From Spirochaetia bacterium (GTDB lineage Bacteria; Spirochaetota; Spirochaetia; CADAEX01): 64,000 nt of DNA. The notes under the pieces were generated by a model that worked only from the letters and a program-made list of their open reading frames with translations, searched no databases and was not told the DNA's origin. The stretch lies in the NCBI GenBank assembly GCA_963662795.1, contig OY759746.1, forward strand, positions 3,584,001 through 3,648,000. Direction: 5' to 3'. Positions 58,833 to 64,000 of this stretch are shown piece by piece (the stretch's first letter is position 1; each line of letters starts with the position of its first letter). The position numbers and the translations under genes are program-made.

Positions 58833-61172
58833 ATGTCTCAAAAGGAAATAATACCTGCTGGTCAGCATCTGCCGGACAAACTATATATTATTCCCCTTTC
58901 TGGCAAACCGATATTTCCGGGTATATTTACACCGCTGATGATTATGTCAAAAAAAGATATTGCGGTTGTTGAACAATCCCTTATAAATGACAGTATGCTC
59001 GGCCTTGTTTTGCTGAAAGATGAAGAATCATCAGAAGTTTCACCGGAAGAACTTTATACAGTCGGCACAGCTGCAAAAATTGTAAAAAAGATCAATCTGC
59101 CGGACGGCGGAATGAATATTTTTATATCCACAATAAAAAGATTCAGAATAAAGCATTATATATCGGAAATTCAGCCTTTGACAGCGGAAGTGGATTTTAT
59201 GAATGATGAAGCTGAAAAAACAATGGAAGTCAAGGCACTTACCCGCTCCATTATTTCCGAGATGAAACAGGTTTCAGAGAACAATCCCCTGTTTTCTGAA
59301 GAAATGAGGCTGAATATGGTAAACATCGATCAGCCGGGGAAAATTGCCGATTTCATAGCATCAATTTTAAATATTGACAGGACTGAGCAGCAGAAAATAC
59401 TTGAAACACTTAACGTAAGAAAAAGAATGGAACAGGTTCTTGTTTTTATAAAAAAGGAACAGGAACTTCTGCGGATACAGAAAAAAATCCAGCTACAGAT
59501 TAACGAAAAAATCGAAAAGAACCAGAGGGATTATTTTCTGAGGGAAGAATTAAAAGCTATAAAAAAAGAACTTGGTATGCCTGTTGATTCAAAAAGCAGT
59601 GAATACATAAGGTTCAAGGAAGCAATCGAAAAACTGGAACTTGAAGGGGAAGCAAAAGAACAGGTAGAACAGGAATTGCAGAAATTCTCGCTTATGGAAC
59701 CTGTATCAGCTGAATTCGGCGTTACAAGAAATTATCTTGACACTATAGTGTCGCTGCCATGGAACAGACCTGAACCGGAAAATCTTGATATAATAGCAGC
59801 CAAGGAGATCCTGGACAAAGACCACTATGGGCTTGAGGATGTAAAGGAAAGGATAATTGAATACCTTTCTGTAAGAAAGTTAAAACAGGATACCAAGGGT
59901 TCTATTATCTGCCTTGTAGGACCTCCGGGAGTCGGAAAAACATCAATAGGAAAATCAATTGCAAGGGCTATGGGGAAAAAATTCTTCAGATTTTCTGTCG
60001 GAGGGATGAGAGATGAGGCTGAGATCAAGGGACACAGGAGAACCTATATCGGAGCAATGCCCGGGAAAATCATACAGGGCCTTAAAATAGTAAAAACAAA
60101 AAACCCTGTATTCATGATAGATGAAATTGATAAACTCGGCGTCTCTTACCAGGGCGACCCTTCATCGGCTTTGCTTGAAGTCCTTGACCCTGAGCAGAAT
60201 ATAAGTTTCAGGGACCACTATCTTGATCTGCCGTTTGATATATCGCATGTTCTTTTTATCACAACTGCAAACACTCTCGATACCATACCGCCGCCCCTGA
60301 GGGACAGAATGGAGATTATAAGGCTCGCCGGCTACATAAAAGAGGAAAAAATTGCAATTGCAAGAAAATACCTTATTCCCAAGAGCCTTTCATCAAGCGG
60401 AATAAAAAAGCAGCAGGTAAAATACGATTCTGCAGCCCTTACAGTAATAGCAGACCAGTATGCACGCGAGGCGGGAGTGAGAAACTATGAGAAATCACTC
60501 GACAGGATACACAGGAAAATAGCAAAACAGTTTGTACTTGATGGTTTAAAGCCTCCTGTTAAAATCACATCAGAGAGTATTGAAAAATATCTTGGGAAAC
60601 CCAGCTTCAGGCCTGAAGAAATCAAGAAGGTGATAAAACCCGGAATGGTAATTGGTCTTGCATGGACTAATTTCGGAGGGGATACCCTGATGATAGAAAC
60701 TGTATACACAGAAGGGAAAGAAGGGTTCAAGCTGACCGGACAGATGGGTGATGTAATGAAGGAATCTGCCAATATAGCCTATACCTATGTGAGAACTCTT
60801 GCCCCTCAATACGGTATAAAAAAGGATTTTTTCGAAAATAATATTTTTCATCTTCATATACCGGAAGGAGCAACGCCCAAGGACGGACCATCTGCCGGTA
60901 TAACAATGGCTTCAGCATTATTCTCCCTGATGAGAAATAAAATAATAAAAAAGAATTTTGCCATGACAGGAGAACTCTCTCTTTCCGGAGCTGTGCTGCC
61001 GATTGGCGGACTTAAAGAAAAAACAATTGCAGCAAGAAGAAATAACATTAAAAACATAATAATTCCGCGCCAAAATGAGAAAGATCTTGAGGAGATTCCC
61101 AGCCACATAAAAAAGGGAATAAAATTTTATCCTGTGGATTATTTTGAAGATGTTATCAGGATAATATTTTGA
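58833..61172 (+). CDS. lon: Lon protease
   Basis: GPPGVGKTS, HRRTYIGAMPG, IDEIDK, PKDGPSAG, GGLKEK. Confidence 0.96.
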   Translation: MSQKEIIPAGQHLPDKLYIIPLSGKPIFPGIFTPLMIMSKKDIAVVEQSLINDSMLGLVLLKDEESSEVSPEELYTVGTAAKIVKKINLPDGGMNIFISTIKRFRIKHYISEIQPLTAEVDFMNDEAEKTMEVKALTRSIISEMKQVSENNPLFSEEMRLNMVNIDQPGKIADFIASILNIDRTEQQKILETLNVRKRMEQVLVFIKKEQELLRIQKKIQLQINEKIEKNQRDYFLREELKAIKKELGMPVDSKSSEYIRFKEAIEKLELEGEAKEQVEQELQKFSLMEPVSAEFGVTRNYLDTIVSLPWNRPEPENLDIIAAKEILDKDHYGLEDVKERIIEYLSVRKLKQDTKGSIICLVGPPGVGKTSIGKSIARAMGKKFFRFSVGGMRDEAEIKGHRRTYIGAMPGKIIQGLKIVKTKNPVFMIDEIDKLGVSYQGDPSSALLEVLDPEQNISFRDHYLDLPFDISHVLFITTANTLDTIPPPLRDRMEIIRLAGYIKEEKIAIARKYLIPKSLSSSGIKKQQVKYDSAALTVIADQYAREAGVRNYEKSLDRIHRKIAKQFVLDGLKPPVKITSESIEKYLGKPSFRPEEIKKVIKPGMVIGLAWTNFGGDTLMIETVYTEGKEGFKLTGQMGDVMKESANIAYTYVRTLAPQYGIKKDFFENNIFHLHIPEGATPKDGPSAGITMASALFSLMRNKIIKKNFAMTGELSLSGAVLPIGGLKEKTIAARRNNIKNIIIPRQNEKDLEEIPSHIKKGIKFYPVDYFEDVIRIIF

Positions 61173-62014
61173 AAAAATCTGTCAGGCATTTGTATTCCGG
61201 CATCCATTACTTAATATTACTTTTTTGCCTGCTTTTTATTTTTATATCCTGTGTGAAAAGTGAAAGTTTATATATTGATGGCGTTGTAAAAATAACTGAG
61301 AAGGAATTTCTTTTAACTTTAGAGAAGCTGCCTGATGATATAAGGGAAAATATTCTTAAAGAAAAAAAAACTTTTATCTCACTGTTATCGGAAGTTCTGG
61401 AATTGGAAGCAGCAGACGGGGAGGACAATCTTCTGTTCTTTCCGGCAGATAAAAAAAATCTTTTACATGAAGATTTTGAACCTTCAGATCTTTTACCGCT
61501 TGATAAAGAAGGGTTTCTGCTTAACAAAGAAGGGATGAAAATAAGAAAAGCTGTCATGAATGATCTCAAGGAAATGATAACAGAAGCATCAAAAGCCGGA
61601 CTGAAAATTGTAATTTCATCAGCATACAGATCCTATAGTTATCAGAAAAACCTTTATAATTATTACATCGGTATTTACGGAGAAAAAGAGACTGCCCGTT
61701 TTTCCGCCCCTCCCGGTGCTTCGCAGCATCAGCTTGGAACTTCTATGGATTTCGGAAGTATAACAAAAGATTTCATGGACACGGATGAAGGGAAATGGAT
61801 TAAGGAAAACGGCTGGAAGTACGGTTTTTCACTCTCATATCCTGAAGGATATGAAAATATTACGGGATATGAATTTGAGCCCTGGCATTACAGATATATT
61901 ACAAAACCGGGGGCTGCTCTTGAAAGAGATTTTTTTGGAGGACTTCAATACCTTTTTATTGAATATCTCACAGACAACAGGGAAATGATGCTTTCAAAAA
62001 AATCTCATAAATAA
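61169..62014 (+). CDS. M15B (VanY-like) D,D-carboxypeptidase lipoprotein
   Basis: SAYRSY, SQHQLG..D, EPWHYRY; lipobox FISC. Confidence 0.88.
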   Translation: MKKSVRHLYSGIHYLILLFCLLFIFISCVKSESLYIDGVVKITEKEFLLTLEKLPDDIRENILKEKKTFISLLSEVLELEAADGEDNLLFFPADKKNLLHEDFEPSDLLPLDKEGFLLNKEGMKIRKAVMNDLKEMITEASKAGLKIVISSAYRSYSYQKNLYNYYIGIYGEKETARFSAPPGASQHQLGTSMDFGSITKDFMDTDEGKWIKENGWKYGFSLSYPEGYENITGYEFEPWHYRYITKPGAALERDFFGGLQYLFIEYLTDNREMMLSKKSHK

Positions 62015-62043
62015 TTACCAATATCTGAAGTCTTAAAACGTCC

Positions 62044-63051
62044 TTATCCTCTCTTCCGTCTTTCAACAGCAAGCAGACATATTTTCTCGCAAAGATCAGG
62101 AAAGCTGATATTCATCACCCCGGCAGACTGAGGCAGCAGGCTTGAGGCAGTCATTCCCGGAAGTGCATTGACTTCAAGGCACCACAGATTGCCGTCAGGA
62201 GCCATCCTGAAGTCTACCCTGCTGTAGTCTTCCATTTTCAGGGCTTTATGCGCTTTTAGAGCTGTATCCATAACATATTTTGTCTGTTCAGCAGTAAGGT
62301 CAGCAGGGAATATTTCATCAGCCCCTCCCTTCTGATATTTGCATTTATAGTCAAATATATCAGACATCTTTGGAATAATCTCGCCGACCCCGAGAGGGAT
62401 ATCATCAAGAACACCGATGGTAAGTTCCCTTCCCGGAATAAATTTTTCAATAATAACTTCCCTGTCGTGATAAGAAGCTGTATCAATGGCCTTATCAAAT
62501 TCATCAATTGATTTAACAATGGAAAGACCGACAGTTGATCCTTCACGGTTAGGTTTTACAACCAAAGGCAACCCAAGACTCCTTACAGCTTCTTCTGCAT
62601 TGACCGGAGCCATAAACCAATCCGGTGTCGGAACATTATTATGACGAAAAAGGGTTTTTGCTACATGCTTATCCATTGCAAAGCAGCAGGGCATGTGTGT
62701 GCTTCCAGTATAGGGTATCCCTTCGATATCAAGATACCCCTGGATTGTACCGTCTTCACCTGAACCTCCGTGAAGAGCAAGGAAGCAGATATCAAACTCT
62801 GAAAGTCTGTCTGAACGAATAAGACTCGCAAGCCCTTTCATAAGCGATTTTTTGTCTGAATCCGGCGGTAACTCTTTGACTTTTGTATCAAGAAAACTCA
62901 ACTCTGCTTTTTTGTCAAGAATTCCGGATGCGGTATCTACTGCAATAACATCATGATTTTTTAATTTAAGAGCCTTAAATATCTGAGCACCGCTTGCAAT
63001 CGAAACATCCCGCTCTGAACTCATCCCTCCGAATATTACTGCAATTTTCAT
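62044..63051 (-). CDS. ddl: D-alanine--D-alanine ligase
   Basis: GGMSSERDVS, LHGGSGEDG, FDYKCKY, RVDF, EVNALPG. Confidence 0.93.
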   Translation of the reverse strand: MKIAVIFGGMSSERDVSIASGAQIFKALKLKNHDVIAVDTASGILDKKAELSFLDTKVKELPPDSDKKSLMKGLASLIRSDRLSEFDICFLALHGGSGEDGTIQGYLDIEGIPYTGSTHMPCCFAMDKHVAKTLFRHNNVPTPDWFMAPVNAEEAVRSLGLPLVVKPNREGSTVGLSIVKSIDEFDKAIDTASYHDREVIIEKFIPGRELTIGVLDDIPLGVGEIIPKMSDIFDYKCKYQKGGADEIFPADLTAEQTKYVMDTALKAHKALKMEDYSRVDFRMAPDGNLWCLEVNALPGMTASSLLPQSAGVMNISFPDLCEKICLLAVERRKRG

Positions 63052-63162
63052 AAATTCTCCAGTTTAAATACAATTTTCTGATTTTAGCAAAGCATGATTA
63101 TAATGTCAAAATAAATATAGAGAAATCTGTAATTGTTTTGATTTTACTGATAAAATGTTAAT

Positions 63163-63579
63163 ATGAGAATTCATTATGATTTTCAAAACAGACGGAAATA
63201 CAGATATTTTTTATTGCTGCTTTTATATATTTTAATTATGGCAGCAGGCCAAATATCAGCGAAATACGGTTCACTTCAGTCATCAGCATATGAAGTGCCG
63301 GTAAAGACAGGTCTTAATATTTTTCATATATTAAGTTATTTTTTTCTGATCTTAAGGGCTCCTTTATGGTTTTATATTCTTAAAAAATCGGATATTTCAA
63401 CTGCCTATCCTGTTTTGTCTTTAAATTATATACTTATTTTATTGTTTTCAGTAATAATATTCGCAGAAGCTGTCACGCCGGGTAAACTGGCAGGTTCTTT
63501 ACTGATAACCGCAGGGGTGCTGCTGGTGCTGTCCAGTTCAGAAATACCGGTAATAAAAACAAAAAAACAGGAAGTGTAA
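63163..63579 (+). CDS. EamA/SMR-like small membrane protein
   Basis: Four TM; ISTAYPVLSLNY...F.E.VT..K..G. Confidence 0.78.
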   Translation: MRIHYDFQNRRKYRYFLLLLLYILIMAAGQISAKYGSLQSSAYEVPVKTGLNIFHILSYFFLILRAPLWFYILKKSDISTAYPVLSLNYILILLFSVIIFAEAVTPGKLAGSLLITAGVLLVLSSSEIPVIKTKKQEV

Positions 63580-63580
63580 T

Positions 63581-63931
63581 TTGGCAATCGGTTATTTGCC
63601 TGCTCTGGTAATGGTGATTTTTACTGCGGCAGGGCATCTGATTTTTAAGTATTTTGCTTTAGAAGTTAAACTGCAGAAACCTTATACAAGAGCAATTGGA
63701 AGTCTGATTAATCCCTTTTTTGCTGCGGGAATACTCTTTACGGCAGTCGCTCCCCTTTTTTACTTCAAGGCGCTTGAGACACTTGAACTTTCAAAGGCAT
63801 TCAGCTTAACAGCTTTAAATCAAATAATTATTCCAGTATCAGGATTAATTCTTTTTAAAGAAAAATTTAACATAAAAAAAACATCAGGGATTATTCTTAT
63901 TGCTGCAGGCATAATTGTATGGAATACATGA
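63581..63931 (+). CDS. EamA/SMR-like small membrane protein (partner)
   Basis: Four TM; LELSKAFSL..L...FKEK..KK..GI. Confidence 0.78.
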   Translation: MAIGYLPALVMVIFTAAGHLIFKYFALEVKLQKPYTRAIGSLINPFFAAGILFTAVAPLFYFKALETLELSKAFSLTALNQIIIPVSGLILFKEKFNIKKTSGIILIAAGIIVWNT

Positions 63932-64000
63932 ACAGCAGCACCAGGGCGGACAAGAACATTTATCAAAGTAAAGCCGCCGGTAATGGGATGGAAAAACAGA
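63928..64000 (+). CDS. Start of next ORF (runs off window)
   Basis: ATGA overlap; open frame MNSSTRADKNIYQ... Confidence 0.35.
   Translation, partial: MNSSTRADKNIYQSKAAGNGMEKQ

Noticed and set aside
61169-63051. Vancomycin-resistance cluster (vanY plus ligase)
   Set aside because: Genes converge, no vanH/vanX/vanRS, and the ligase has a D-Ala-D-Ala-type FDYxxKY loop

Overview
AT-rich bacterial chromosome segment, most consistent with a spirochaete (LPP20-type lipoproteins, RecJ with an internal insertion, spirochaete-like RecO/Lon/S21, DUF1566 relic). Intact housekeeping blocks lie at about 1-10.6 kb (Mla/MCE transporter, M23/LysM peptidases, PBP1A, nlpD-like gene plus RpoS-like sigma factor, tRNA-Pro) and 50.4-64 kb (lipoproteins, rpsU, recJ, recO, lon, M15B peptidase, ddl, EamA pair). 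Between tRNA-Pro and tRNA-Val is a ~39 kb mosaic accessory region. It has a nonsense-interrupted tyrosine integrase next to tRNA-Val and a second decayed copy of that integrase at 23.7-24.0 kb. It also carries a complete chemosensory operon whose CheA has an MshEN-like insert, a stand-alone MshEN-like protein, broken EAL and GGDEF genes, IS1182/IS4/IS4/IS30/IS3/IS3 elements, relics of integron-type cassettes, four copies of a promoter-like repeat, and a Dam-like methylase with a truncated partner. A nitrogen module in this region comprises a histidine kinase, an NtrC-like regulator lacking GAFTGA, gdhA, a receiver-fused PEP-synthase-like protein and amtB. The best candidates for new biology are this dikinase-like nitrogen signalling module, a sigma28-promoted sRNA with an anti-SD loop, c-di-GMP input to CheA through MshEN, and an AUC-initiated rpsU with an extended SD. 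All family assignments are by eye from motifs; no searches were run.
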